62,205 bases of DNA from Thermoleophilia bacterium (GTDB lineage: Bacteria > Actinomycetota > Thermoleophilia > UBA2241). The translations under genes and the position numbers were made by a program. The notes beneath the pieces were generated by a model, which saw nothing but the letters and a program-made list of their open reading frames with translations, was not told the DNA's origin and did not search any database. Position 1 is the first letter of the stretch, and every line of letters starts with the position of its first letter. Of this stretch, positions 9,551 through 19,526 are shown piece by piece. The stretch covers positions 1 through 62,205 of the forward strand of contig JBKQWK010000018.1 in NCBI GenBank assembly GCA_052139595.1, in the 5' to 3' direction.

Positions 9551-10701
9551 GCCACCGCTCTGTCGTAGCGACGCACAACACCGTATAACGTGTCGCGCTC
9601 GACGGCGTTGCGGCCGGCCCCCTGGATCACACGCACGAGCTCCTCGCGGTCCAGCTCCTGACCGGTCTGCACACCGGCGGCGTGACTAATCTTTTCTTCG
9701 ACCACTGTACCATCAAGGTCGTTGACGCCGAACGCCAGTGACACCTGAGCCAGCTTGAGACCAACATTGATCCAGAACGCCTTCACGTGCTTGAAATTAT
9801 CGAGGACCAACCGACCGACCGAGAGCATCTTGAGGTCATCGTAGCCCGTCGGCCCAGGCAGCTCGCTGAGGCCCGTGTTGGCGGGCTGAAACGACAGCGG
9901 TATGAAGGCGTTGAAACCGCCCGTCTCATCCTGCAGCTCGCGCAAGCGCAGCAGGTGATCGGCCAGCTCAGCCGCCGTCTCGACATGGCCATAGAGCATG
10001 GTTGCGTTCGACTGCAGACCAACGCTGTGAGCGGCGCGCATGACATCGAGCCACCTCTGGCCGCTGATCTTGCGGTTGCAGATGAGATCGCGCACGCGGC
10101 CACTAAAAACCTCGGCCCCGCCGCCCGGCAGCGAGCCCAGACCCGCGTCTTTGAGTTCAGCCAGCACCATCGCAACCGGTTTGCCGGCGATTTTGGCAAA
10201 ATGGGCTATCTCGCTGGCCGTAAACGCCTGGATGTGCACGTCGGGCGCCAGTTGCTTGAGCGCACGCATCATCTCGAGGTAGTAGTCGAACGGCAGGCTG
10301 GGGTGCTCGCCGCCGACAATGTGGATCTCGGTAACGCCGCTGGTCAGCGACTCTCGCGCCTTATCGACAACTTCGTCAACCGAGAGCGTGTATGCACCAA
10401 CATCACCTTCGTCGTGGCTGAAGGCGCAGAAGAGGCAGCGATTACGACAGACGTTCGTGTGATTGATGTGGCGATTGGAAATGAAGTAAACATCGTCGCC
10501 GACCGCGCGTCGGCGCGCAAAATCGGCCATCGCGCCGAGAGCGAGGATGTCGTCCGAGCTAAGCAGGGCGACGGCGTCGCTTTCGCTCAGCCTGTCGCCG
10601 GAGAACACTTTGTCCCAGATGGGCGCGATGCCAGCCGAAGCCGCCAGCTCGGCGACGTGGTTTGCTTCCATGAAGTGAGCGCTCCTGCGCGCCTGCGGCA
10701 C
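9547..10701 (-). CDS. Radical SAM enzyme of the MqnE/MqnC family (aminofutalosine synthase or cyclic DHFL synthase)
   Basis: CRNRCLFCAF motif and GGGAEV motif; paralogous to 7626..8705. Start may be the internal MEANH (10671). Confidence 0.8.
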   Translation of the reverse strand: MPQARRSAHFMEANHVAELAASAGIAPIWDKVFSGDRLSESDAVALLSSDDILALGAMADFARRRAVGDDVYFISNRHINHTNVCRNRCLFCAFSHDEGDVGAYTLSVDEVVDKARESLTSGVTEIHIVGGEHPSLPFDYYLEMMRALKQLAPDVHIQAFTASEIAHFAKIAGKPVAMVLAELKDAGLGSLPGGGAEVFSGRVRDLICNRKISGQRWLDVMRAAHSVGLQSNATMLYGHVETAAELADHLLRLRELQDETGGFNAFIPLSFQPANTGLSELPGPTGYDDLKMLSVGRLVLDNFKHVKAFWINVGLKLAQVSLAFGVNDLDGTVVEEKISHAAGVQTGQELDREELVRVIQGAGRNAVERDTLYGVVRRYDRAVA

Positions 10702-10844
10702 GCCGTAGTCTTAAGGTGATGTAGCGCCACGCCTGATGCGGCGAACAGCGCGACCTTTGCCACATTCATTGTACCCCGCCGACCTTCGGCGGGGATTGAT
10801 CTGCGCCCTGCTCTGACGAATTCGCGCCCTGCCTTGATTGACGG

Positions 10845-11828
10845 TCAGCTGAAGCGCTCGACCACCCAGCCGGCGACGTCAGTGAGCAGTTCATGCTCCA
10901 CCAGGTCGCTACAAAGCGCGAGATGTTCGCGAGCCGTCGCGATCTGCTCGAGCGCCGCCGCACGCGCTCGCTCTATGGCACCACTGGCGACGATGTCGGC
11001 GATCACGGCAGCAACATCGGCTCCAGTAGCAAGTGGACCTTGCAAACGGACACCAAGATGAGGCATCGTCCTCAACGCCATGATGACCGGCAAGGTTACC
11101 GTGCCGTCACGCAAGTCCGTGCCCAAGCGCTTGCCGGTCTTTGCTTCGTCGCCGGTGAGATCAAGGATGTCGTCAAAAATCTGAAAGGCGAGACCGAGCG
11201 AGCGCCCGTAGGCAGCGAGCCCCTCGACATCACTCTCGTCGGCATTCGAAACGATGGCGCCCAGGCTACACGCAGCAGCGAAAAGGTCGGCGGTTTTCAA
11301 CTCGCAGCGACGCACGTAGTCGGCCGGCGAAAGATCCGTACGGTACGCCTCGTCCATCTGCAGTACCTCGCCGCGACTGAGTCCTTCTGCGACGCGACTA
11401 AGCAAGTCAACGACCCGTCCATCGCCGGATGCAACCAGTAACCCGAAGGCTTGGGCAAACAAGTAATTGCCGGCCGAGATCGCGAGCGGCACACCCATCT
11501 GGTGGGCAACCGTTGGCCGCCCGCGACGGAGGGCAGCTCCATCAAGCACGTCGTCGTGCACGAGCGTCGCCATGTGCAATAGCTCAACCGCAGCTGCGCC
11601 TCGATATGTAGCCGCAGAGAGCGTCCGATCACGACGCGCACTGAGCAGGACAAGCAGTGGACGGACCCGCTTGCCGCCGGCCGTCAACGTAACGGCACAG
11701 GCAGAGCCAAGTGTGCCAGGGCAATCACCGACGACCGTCTCAAGAAGCTCTTCGACGCGCTCGAGGCCACGTCGGTAGCGACGCTTTTGAGCGACCGAGC
11801 GCCAAGCAACGACGTCGGCCGGTTTCAT
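10845..11828 (-). CDS. Long-chain trans-polyprenyl diphosphate synthase (HepT/IspB-like)
   Basis: Two Asp-rich motifs, LVHDDVLD and FQIFDDILD. Sits directly after ubiE/menG, as in the Bacillus menH-hepT order. Confidence 0.85.
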   Translation of the reverse strand: MKPADVVAWRSVAQKRRYRRGLERVEELLETVVGDCPGTLGSACAVTLTAGGKRVRPLLVLLSARRDRTLSAATYRGAAAVELLHMATLVHDDVLDGAALRRGRPTVAHQMGVPLAISAGNYLFAQAFGLLVASGDGRVVDLLSRVAEGLSRGEVLQMDEAYRTDLSPADYVRRCELKTADLFAAACSLGAIVSNADESDVEGLAAYGRSLGLAFQIFDDILDLTGDEAKTGKRLGTDLRDGTVTLPVIMALRTMPHLGVRLQGPLATGADVAAVIADIVASGAIERARAAALEQIATAREHLALCSDLVEHELLTDVAGWVVERFS

Positions 11829-12595
11829 CGTGTCGCCTCGCCCCCGCCTGCTCCGCCGCGCGCCGGCACGCGACCGACGTGCAGGGCAATGATGCCCATG
11901 CCAAAACGTCGGTAACGCACTTGTCGCAGCCCGGCGGCAACCATGAGGTCCGCCAATACGTCAGCTCGAGGAAAAGCACGGACCGACGCCGGCAAATAAG
12001 AATAGGCCTTCAGATCACCGGCGATCAGGCCGCCCAGCAATGGGACGCAGCGGTCGAACCAGAGAGCGTGGAACCGACGGCCGAAGGCGCCCGACGGTTG
12101 AGTGATCTCGAGGATCACGACGCGACCACCAGATGCGGAAACACGCACCATCTCGCTCAATGCCAGCGGCAGATCAGATACATTACGCACCCCGAAAGCA
12201 ACGGTGACGGCACTGAACCGGCCGTTGGCGAATGGCAGCGCCAACAGGTCGCCGGCAACGAACTCAAGCGGAGCGCAACCATCGTCGGCCGCTACCTGCG
12301 CCTTGGCCCGGGCCAAGTCAAGCATGACGGCGCTGAAGTCGAGGCCAATAACCCCTGCCTGCGGATACCTTCGCGCCAGTGCCAAGGCAAGGTCGCCAGT
12401 GCCACAACAGACGTCCAGCGCCTGTTCGCCCGGACCCACGGCCGCCACGACCGCCGCCGCGCTGCGCCAGCGGCGGTCGAGCCCGGCCGTCATGAGCCGA
12501 TTCATGAAGTCGTAACGGCCAGCAATAGCGCTAAACATCGCCGCAATACGCCCAGGGTCTCGATCGACTCCGGCCCCACCGGCCTGCGCAATCAC
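11825..12595 (-). CDS. ubiE: Demethylmenaquinone / ubiquinone C-methyltransferase
   Basis: YDFMNRLMTAGLDRRWR signature and SAM motif LDVCCGTGD. Confidence 0.85.
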   Translation of the reverse strand: MIAQAGGAGVDRDPGRIAAMFSAIAGRYDFMNRLMTAGLDRRWRSAAAVVAAVGPGEQALDVCCGTGDLALALARRYPQAGVIGLDFSAVMLDLARAKAQVAADDGCAPLEFVAGDLLALPFANGRFSAVTVAFGVRNVSDLPLALSEMVRVSASGGRVVILEITQPSGAFGRRFHALWFDRCVPLLGGLIAGDLKAYSYLPASVRAFPRADVLADLMVAAGLRQVRYRRFGMGIIALHVGRVPARGGAGGGEATR

Positions 12596-13203
12596 GAAGC
12601 TGCACCCTCGTAAGTCGGGTACAGGTGCTGCGCAAAGCCAAGGCTCTGGAGAATCTTGCCGACAACGAAGTCGACGATGTCGGCGACTGTCTGTGGTCGA
12701 CCGTAGAAACCAGGTGCCGGAGGCAGGATCACGGCACCGGCTTCAGCGACATCGAGCAGCCGACGCAGGTGCACCGTCGAGAGCGGCATCTCGCGCGGCA
12801 CAAGAATCAGAGGCTTACGCTCCTTGAGAGCAACGTCAGCGGCGCGATGGATGAGATTGTGCCCCGCGCCCGTCGCAATGTGGGCAACGGTCGCCAGCGA
12901 GCAGGGGCAAATAACGGCGGCGTCCGGAAAGCTCGACCCACTGGCTGCGGAGCTCTCGAACTCGTCTGGATTGACGATAGCGACACTGCCAGCCCGCGCC
13001 CGCGTGAGAAATGCGTGCACCAACTCCTCACGTCCTTCGCCGGGCAAGGAAAGCTCGTGGCGCAAGACCAGCAGACCAGCGTCCGAGACGCACAGCGTGA
13101 GGTGGCAGCCAGCGCTAGTCAAGGCCTCAATCAGACGCAGCGCATACGCGGCGCCGCTGGCACCGGTAACGCCCAGAAACAGTGTCTGTGGCGGACTAGT
13201 CAT
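12592..13203 (-). CDS. ubiX: Flavin prenyltransferase UbiX family (MqnM-like in the futalosine context)
   Basis: LFLGVTGASGAAYALRLIEAL and MPLSTVHLRRLL motifs. ATG at 13203 chosen to avoid overlap with the upstream cytochrome gene. Confidence 0.85.
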   Translation of the reverse strand: MTSPPQTLFLGVTGASGAAYALRLIEALTSAGCHLTLCVSDAGLLVLRHELSLPGEGREELVHAFLTRARAGSVAIVNPDEFESSAASGSSFPDAAVICPCSLATVAHIATGAGHNLIHRAADVALKERKPLILVPREMPLSTVHLRRLLDVAEAGAVILPPAPGFYGRPQTVADIVDFVVGKILQSLGFAQHLYPTYEGAAS

Positions 13204-13244
13204 GGATTGCAGTCTACCACCGGCCGACGGCACGGCCGACGGCG

Positions 13245-14597
13245 TCACGGCGCGCTGGTAACCCCGTCGTGGTGGCAACTGCCGCCATAGCAGCCCGTGG
13301 GGCCAGAGCCCGCATTACCATGGCACTTGACGCAAATTGCACCATTGGCCAGGACTTCAGCAGGGTGATTGGCGATGAAGCTCGCTGGGTGCGGCAAGAC
13401 AACACCGTGACAGTCCGAACAGAAGGACGAGCTGTGACACTTGCTGCACAGGCCAGCGTTGTTGAGCGCGACCTGGCCATGTTGGGCAAGCCAATTGCTC
13501 GGATGCGGCATCGGCAACCCGTGGCAGCGCAGACAGCTGTTGGTGCCATGACACTTCACGCAGAGTGAGGGTGTCGCAGCACCGGCCTTCTCATGGCCAG
13601 TCGCGAGCCAGGTCGCAGGATGTGGCATTGCCAAGCCGTGACAACTGCTGCAGAACGTGGGGTCCTTCGCCTGATGGCACTTAACGCACGCGGTCTGACC
13701 GTGCTGCAGCGCATAGGCGCCGTGGGTACTGCTCCAGACGGCGGGATGGGGCATCTGCACGCCATTGTGGCACTTGCTGCAGAAGGAGGTCGAATGACAG
13801 CTCTGACAGTCCGTCGCGGTCAGATGAGTATTCATGGCAATGTGCACGGATCCCGGCGGAACACCATTGACATGGCAGATCGAGCACGTCTCCGGCTGAT
13901 TGACGCCGTTGTGACAGGTGACGCAGACCGACATGACATTAACCGTGGGCCGGGAACCAAACGCGCCGGTCGTGCCATGGGCGACACCATCATGGCAGGT
14001 AACGCATTGGAAACCTGCTGCCTGTAAACCGATGTGATTCACGATGATGCCATTGACAACGACATTCTTGTCGATCTGACTCGCGGGATGGCATTGTACG
14101 CAGCTCTCGGTGCTCACAGTCGTGCTCAGCGGCTTCTGGTAGTTACCGGAGATATAGCTGATGAGATTGGCAACGCCCTGCAGATTCTCAATGAAGTAGC
14201 GGAAAGCTCCCGGCTTCGTGTGACACGCGAGGCAACCAACACCCGCCTTATAGTGGGCGGACGTTTCATAACTCTTGACCTCTGGGGCAAGAAGATGGCA
14301 GGTGCCACACGTTGACGTGCGAGTAGCGACCGCAAAAGCCACTACGGAAACCACGATGATGACAACCAGGCCCGCCAAAACGCCCCACAACCAGCGCCGG
14401 GGAATAACGACGTCGACGAGCGACCGACGGCGCGGCGATTTGCCGCCACCGCTGGGAGCCGGTGTACCGCCGGCAGCACCGGCCCGGCCGCCGGCGCTCA
14501 ACGCTTCATCGCCGCCGCTCGGCGGCGACGCGTCGGCCGCGCCCTGCGACTCCGGCGGTTCGCCGGGACTCAACGGAGTCTTTTGCTCGTCAGTCAT
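13245..14597 (-). CDS. Membrane-anchored multiheme c-type cytochrome, 15 CXXCH (NapC/NirT-like N-terminus)
   Basis: Counted 15 CXXCH plus one CX4CH (CYGGSCH). A single N-terminal TM follows a Gly/Pro-rich tail. Diheme modules repeat, each ending in (M/L)PHP. Confidence 0.85.
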   Translation of the reverse strand: MTDEQKTPLSPGEPPESQGAADASPPSGGDEALSAGGRAGAAGGTPAPSGGGKSPRRRSLVDVVIPRRWLWGVLAGLVVIIVVSVVAFAVATRTSTCGTCHLLAPEVKSYETSAHYKAGVGCLACHTKPGAFRYFIENLQGVANLISYISGNYQKPLSTTVSTESCVQCHPASQIDKNVVVNGIIVNHIGLQAAGFQCVTCHDGVAHGTTGAFGSRPTVNVMSVCVTCHNGVNQPETCSICHVNGVPPGSVHIAMNTHLTATDCQSCHSTSFCSKCHNGVQMPHPAVWSSTHGAYALQHGQTACVKCHQAKDPTFCSSCHGLAMPHPATWLATGHEKAGAATPSLCVKCHGTNSCLRCHGLPMPHPSNWLAQHGQVALNNAGLCSKCHSSSFCSDCHGVVLPHPASFIANHPAEVLANGAICVKCHGNAGSGPTGCYGGSCHHDGVTSAP

Positions 14598-14600
14598 TTC

Positions 14601-15644
14601 TCAGAGCCCAGTTTGGCTCGGCGACGGAGACGGGCTGGGAGTCTGCGTGAAGAAACCATGCGCCGGAGGATTGCCGCTGGCGTGCTCTTCGTGACACGCC
14701 TGGCAGTTGGCCACGGAGTGACAGTTGAAGCATGTCTCATCGGATTTTGCCGCCGCAGCCGGATGCAGAGCGAGGAAATTGCTGGGATGTGGCATTGGCA
14801 CCTGGTGACAGGCGACGCAATACGTCTTCGTGTCATGACAGAGGCTGCATGCCTTCTCGCCCAGTTTTTTCTCGACAAGCCCGTGTTGTTCCAGCCAGTT
14901 CGCCGGGTGTGGCATGACGACACCGTTGTGGCACGAGGAGCAGGCAGTCGCACTTGTATGGCAGGCTGTACAGGTCGACAGAATCCCGTTCGTGCCGTGA
15001 GTCTTGAGCCACAACGCGGCGTTATCGTGTGAAGCGGGTTCGGCCGGCGGCTTGTTGACATGGCAGAGGCTACAGCGGCTAACCGCGACGGCCCCATTGG
15101 CTGCTTTGTAGTGGTTGTTGTGGCAGACCAGGCACTGATCCATAGTCGGTGAGGTCCGCGCACCCACCGGAACCGCGTTTCCGTGCGCCACAGCGGAGTG
15201 GCACTGGACGCACTGGTAGCCGGCTTGAATGAACTGTTGATGGTCGACCCTGATGGTGAGATGTATGTGATTCACGGTGACAACGTTCACGTCGACGGTT
15301 CGAAAGAGCTGCTTGTCGGTGTGGCAACGCTCACACGAAGCATTCACCACAGAACCGAGGATTGGCTTTTCATAGTCACCGGTCAGCTGCTGGATCGGTT
15401 CTTCCAGTGCCTCAAGTTTGGCCGTGAGGAAGAAGAATGGACCCGGCTGGGTATGGCACTCTTCGCAGTTGATGCCGGCATGTGGCGACTGCTCGAGAGC
15501 CTGCACCGTCGCCTTCATGTTGTGACAACTCGAGCAGAAGCTCGCCGACGACGTGCTTGTCAAGGCGAAGCCAAGTGCCACCACGACGGCCGTCACCACA
15601 ATCGTGATGACGATAAAGAAGCGTTTCGTAACGCGAATTGTCAC
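14601..15644 (-). CDS. Membrane-anchored multiheme c-type cytochrome, 12 CXXCH (NapC/NirT-like)
   Basis: An N-terminal TM helix is immediately followed by CSSCH. I counted 12 CXXCH. Paralogous to 13245..14597 and 18525..19526. Confidence 0.85.
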   Translation of the reverse strand: MTIRVTKRFFIVITIVVTAVVVALGFALTSTSSASFCSSCHNMKATVQALEQSPHAGINCEECHTQPGPFFFLTAKLEALEEPIQQLTGDYEKPILGSVVNASCERCHTDKQLFRTVDVNVVTVNHIHLTIRVDHQQFIQAGYQCVQCHSAVAHGNAVPVGARTSPTMDQCLVCHNNHYKAANGAVAVSRCSLCHVNKPPAEPASHDNAALWLKTHGTNGILSTCTACHTSATACSSCHNGVVMPHPANWLEQHGLVEKKLGEKACSLCHDTKTYCVACHQVPMPHPSNFLALHPAAAAKSDETCFNCHSVANCQACHEEHASGNPPAHGFFTQTPSPSPSPSQTGL

Positions 15645-15696
15645 GTACGCACGCCTCGCGCCATGATCTGCTGCTCGTGAAGCGAAATCAGCATGA

Positions 15697-16746
15697 TCAC
15701 AGCCCGCCGTTAAGTCCGCCGGGATAGGGATGCGTGTTGTGCACGGCGCTCAGATGACACAGCAGGCAGCTGTAACCGCCGGCGTGCTTTGCGGCACTGG
15801 AGTGACAGCGCAGGCAGGTACTCGTCGTCGGAATATTCATGCTCACACCGTGACAGGCGGTACACGCAGGCTTGACTGAGTCGTGATTTTGCATCCGTAC
15901 GGCGATCTTGCCGTTATGACAGACCGTACAGCTCGCCAGTGGAACCGCTTTCACGGTGCCATGGTGATAGCCGTTCACATTGGGATGACAGGTGATACAC
16001 GTGCCGAGATTCGTATAGTGGGCTTTGTGACAATCCGTGCACTTCGTATCTACTTTCGGCTTGGCGTTGTGGATAATCGCCGTGCCATGACAAGCCGGAT
16101 TGGTGCACGACAGCGGATTCGCCTTGCTGTAACCAATGTTGGTGTGGCACTTCAAGCACACGGCTGGCGTCGCAGGGATGTTCATGCCGCTGTGGCACGA
16201 CTGACAGGAGACACCGGCATGGGACACCTGAGCCACGGCATACTTGCCGTTATGACAGGTAGCGCAGGTCGGTGCTTTGAGGGTGACACCGCTGTGGTGC
16301 GGATCCCCACCGGGATTGGCAATAGACTGACTGACCGGGTGGCAGTCCGTGCAGGTTTTGCCATAACCGGACGCACCAAGGTGAGGTGAAGTGCCATGCG
16401 TGAATGGCGTGATGTAAAGCTTCAGGAGCGGATCCCAGAGATGGCACGTTGCTGAACAGCCGGCAGCCGTCTGGCCGGCAGATTGATCGGCACCCGGCTC
16501 ATGGCACTGCCAGCAGTTCTGCCCGGCAGCTACCTGATAGCCCGTGTGACAGCTCTGGCAATTGGTATCGGTCGGCGTTGAGCCTGAATGGCAATCGGAA
16601 CACTGCGTCGCGCCGTCGTGCGCCCACGTACTGAAAGCGTGTGCACTGCTTGCGCTGAAGGACAGTGCCGCACATGCGACAGCCAACGATGCTACCAATA
16701 CTGCGATCAGACGCTTTACGTCGTGCGATCCCACGTCGAGTCTCAC
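15697..16746 (-). CDS. Secreted multiheme c-type cytochrome, 13 CXXCH plus CX3CH and CX4CH variants
   Basis: Signal peptide ending SSAHA, 13 CXXCH, CSATCH and CTNPACH. No TM anchor. Confidence 0.85.
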   Translation of the reverse strand: MRLDVGSHDVKRLIAVLVASLAVACAALSFSASSAHAFSTWAHDGATQCSDCHSGSTPTDTNCQSCHTGYQVAAGQNCWQCHEPGADQSAGQTAAGCSATCHLWDPLLKLYITPFTHGTSPHLGASGYGKTCTDCHPVSQSIANPGGDPHHSGVTLKAPTCATCHNGKYAVAQVSHAGVSCQSCHSGMNIPATPAVCLKCHTNIGYSKANPLSCTNPACHGTAIIHNAKPKVDTKCTDCHKAHYTNLGTCITCHPNVNGYHHGTVKAVPLASCTVCHNGKIAVRMQNHDSVKPACTACHGVSMNIPTTSTCLRCHSSAAKHAGGYSCLLCHLSAVHNTHPYPGGLNGGL

Positions 16747-17645
16747 CCCCGCCCGGCAAACCAGGAGACTACGGACCAGACCATAAACACAGTCATTGCC
16801 ACCGCGGCCAGACCAGCAACCACAGTGATGGTATACCAGATACCATTCGTAACGTGAGTGCGCCAGGTGATGCGACGCTCGACCAGCACCTCGTCGAGAG
16901 TACCCTCGCGCACGCGTTTGGCGTACTCAAGCGGACGCTCTTCCATGTAGTGCTCGAGCGGGAGCGAGCCGGTGAAAATGACCTTGTCGATGGGAAACGC
17001 ACCCGGCTTGAGATGAGCACTAAAGAGATGCACGAAGATGAAAATCACGCCAGCGGCAAGCAGCGCTTCGTTGCCGTGGATGACGAGAGCGATATTGAGG
17101 AAAATGCCGGGCAGAATCCGAGTGGTGCCAATCGGGAACCACATCATGAACCCGGTGACGCCGATGATCACCGTGCCGGCTACGAGCGAGAGGAAGTCGA
17201 ACTTCTCCCAATACGTGAAGCGCGCAAACTGCGGCCTAGGACCGCGGCCGAAAAACCAGACGAACATGCCCTTGAGATCTTCCCAGTCCTTCTTGGTGGG
17301 CAAAATCGAGTCTTGGTTGAAGAGACCCCGACCGCGGCGCTTGAACACCAGGATGGACATGGCGACCATCTCCGCCGTCCAGTAGAAGACGGTAAACAGG
17401 GCGGCAATGCGATGGTAGACGCCGGCGGCCGTGACCCCGCCCATGGCGTTCATGACCCACATCGCCCAACCGCTGTCTTTGTACTTCAAGGGCATACCCG
17501 TAAACACGAGTACGGTGAAGCTGACGAAGACAATGATGTGCATCCACCGATGAAAAGCACCGAAGCGCTTGTACTCGACGCTCACGCGTGCCGTGGTGGG
17601 CACAGTCGCGTCCTGACCGATGTTAGTAATCGTCTCGTCACTCAT
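16743..17645 (-). CDS. Integral-membrane b-type cytochrome subunit (FdnI/HydC/PhsC-like, Ni/Fe-hydrogenase b-cytochrome family)
   Basis: Multi-TM protein with conserved His in helices (HRWMH, YHRIAA, VIHGNEA, FVHLFSAH). ATG at 17645 lies 2 nt after the stop of the upstream heptaheme gene. Confidence 0.7.
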   Translation of the reverse strand: MSDETITNIGQDATVPTTARVSVEYKRFGAFHRWMHIIVFVSFTVLVFTGMPLKYKDSGWAMWVMNAMGGVTAAGVYHRIAALFTVFYWTAEMVAMSILVFKRRGRGLFNQDSILPTKKDWEDLKGMFVWFFGRGPRPQFARFTYWEKFDFLSLVAGTVIIGVTGFMMWFPIGTTRILPGIFLNIALVIHGNEALLAAGVIFIFVHLFSAHLKPGAFPIDKVIFTGSLPLEHYMEERPLEYAKRVREGTLDEVLVERRITWRTHVTNGIWYTITVVAGLAAVAMTVFMVWSVVSWFAGRG

Positions 17646-18528
17646 GATGTTTCCTGTAGCCACCAGACTTGATGCCGCGGTAAATGTACAGGACCGTGTG
17701 CACCCCACCAAACGTGAAGACCGTAGCGATAAGGACAGTGTATGCAAGCCAGACTAAGAACACGACGAGCGACGAGCGCGGACTACTCGGATCGATGTGA
17801 ATGCGATAGCCAGTGAAGTTTGCGTTGGCACTGGGATGGCACTTGCGGCAAGTCGTGAGGATGTTCTGCTTGCTGATCGTGCTCGCCGGATTCGACGGCG
17901 GCAGAATTTTGTGGCCGCCGTGGCAGTCGATACAGACTGCTGCTTCCGTTTTGCCAAGCACAAACGCCTGGCCGTGATATTCGTTGAGGTAGGAGGCCTC
18001 GGCAGCCGGATGACAACGACCACACATCGTCAGCGATTGTTTGCGGTACGCCAGGCTGGCGACGTTCACTGTGTCGTGCGCGTCGTGGCAGTCGGCGCAC
18101 CGCGGCGCCTTGGTCGAGTTCTCCTTGAGTACAAGCGTGCCGTGAAACGAACCCTTGTACATGGAAAACTCGCTGGCGTGACAGTACGAGCACGAGGTGA
18201 GCTTGGCCATCTCGAGCCAGCCGGAGGTCTCGGCGGCGGTGTGCTTGTCGGCCCTGAAGCCAATGTGGCAACTCGTGCAGTCGAGTTCGCCGTGGAGCGA
18301 TGAGTTGTACACGGCCGCGTTCACATAGATGCTTTTCTTGACCCCGTTGACCATAATCATCGTCTTCTTGGCACTCTGCACACCGTGACAGGCTAAACAC
18401 GCCTGATTCTGCGTTGCCGGCGTAAGCGCCTGTGCATGCGCCGGCGCAGCGAAGAAGAGACCGGCGGCGCAGACACCGGCAACGACGAGCAAGACAATAC
18501 CAGCGATGATGATGCGTGCTCTACTCAC
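17638..18528 (-). CDS. Heptaheme c-type cytochrome with signal peptide and C-terminal TM anchor
   Basis: 7 CXXCH counted, signal peptide ending APAHA, hydrophobic C-terminal helix. Adjacent to the b-type cytochrome. Confidence 0.85.
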   Translation of the reverse strand: MSRARIIIAGIVLLVVAGVCAAGLFFAAPAHAQALTPATQNQACLACHGVQSAKKTMIMVNGVKKSIYVNAAVYNSSLHGELDCTSCHIGFRADKHTAAETSGWLEMAKLTSCSYCHASEFSMYKGSFHGTLVLKENSTKAPRCADCHDAHDTVNVASLAYRKQSLTMCGRCHPAAEASYLNEYHGQAFVLGKTEAAVCIDCHGGHKILPPSNPASTISKQNILTTCRKCHPSANANFTGYRIHIDPSSPRSSLVVFLVWLAYTVLIATVFTFGGVHTVLYIYRGIKSGGYRKHHE

Positions 18529-19526
18529 GGCGTGATCCCCATCTTGCTATGACAGGCATCGCAGTACGACTGCTGATGGCAGACCAAGCACGACGCGCTG
18601 TTCTGGACGGCCACCGGCCCATGCGTGGTCACCCAATTCGCCGGATGATTCACTTGGTGGCACTTTTGGCAGAAGGTCTGGTAGTTGTGACAGCCGAGAC
18701 ACGAGGCTGGATCAGCCTTGGCTGGACCGGCGTGCGTATAGCTCCACGTACCGCTGAAGTGGTCAGCCGGTGGCTTGGCGTGACAAGCACCGCAAAATGC
18801 GGCCTCGTCGTGATGACATGTCAGACAGCTGGCCGGATTGGCAAGCGCCTGCTTGCCGTGCAGCGCGATGTAGTTGGCGGGATGGACGTTCTTCGGTGGC
18901 GGCGTTGTATGACAGAACGAACACTGGTTCTGCTGAATCTGCTGGCTGTGACACATGGAGCAGATGGTCATGGAAACTGTCGTCGCTTGCCCAGGCTTGG
19001 CGTGCGACACCTCGTTGTGACAGTCGACACACGTCAGGTTGGCCAGATTCAGGTGAATCTGGTGCGAGAAGCGAATATCGGTCTGCGAGGGGCCCAGATT
19101 CTTCACGTTGTGACAGCTCGTACAGTTGGCGTTCGAGGGCAGCTGCTGTTTGGCTGATACGTTCGTCATATCCAAGTACGTGGCCCAAATGTTGACCCAC
19201 TCTTTGGTACGCCACTTGATCGACGCGAACAGGCCCGGAGGGACGTGACAGCTGACGCAGGCGACGTTGGCGTGCACAGAGTGCTCCAACGTCGCCTGGT
19301 AGGGCTTCATCTGGTGGCAGCTCGCGCAGTAGGACGTCGACGAGGTGAGGTGCACCGGCACATAGACGACGACCGCAACGACCAGGACTGCCGCCAGAAC
19401 AGCAACAATGATGAACCAGGTTGAGCGATACCAGGGCTTATGCTGCGCACCAGCCTTCTGGCTTGACGAATCGTCGCTCACTCGATAATCCCCTGTGGCT
19501 CCTCGTACCGACTGATGAACCGGCAT
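18525..19526 (-). CDS. Membrane-anchored multiheme c-type cytochrome, 12 CXXCH (NapC/NirT-like)
   Basis: TM helix then CASCH; 12 CXXCH. ATG at 19526 is preferred over the GTG at 19577, because the extra CAGCH would lie on the cytoplasmic side. Confidence 0.8.
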   Translation of the reverse strand: MPVHQSVRGATGDYRVSDDSSSQKAGAQHKPWYRSTWFIIVAVLAAVLVVAVVVYVPVHLTSSTSYCASCHQMKPYQATLEHSVHANVACVSCHVPPGLFASIKWRTKEWVNIWATYLDMTNVSAKQQLPSNANCTSCHNVKNLGPSQTDIRFSHQIHLNLANLTCVDCHNEVSHAKPGQATTVSMTICSMCHSQQIQQNQCSFCHTTPPPKNVHPANYIALHGKQALANPASCLTCHHDEAAFCGACHAKPPADHFSGTWSYTHAGPAKADPASCLGCHNYQTFCQKCHQVNHPANWVTTHGPVAVQNSASCLVCHQQSYCDACHSKMGITP

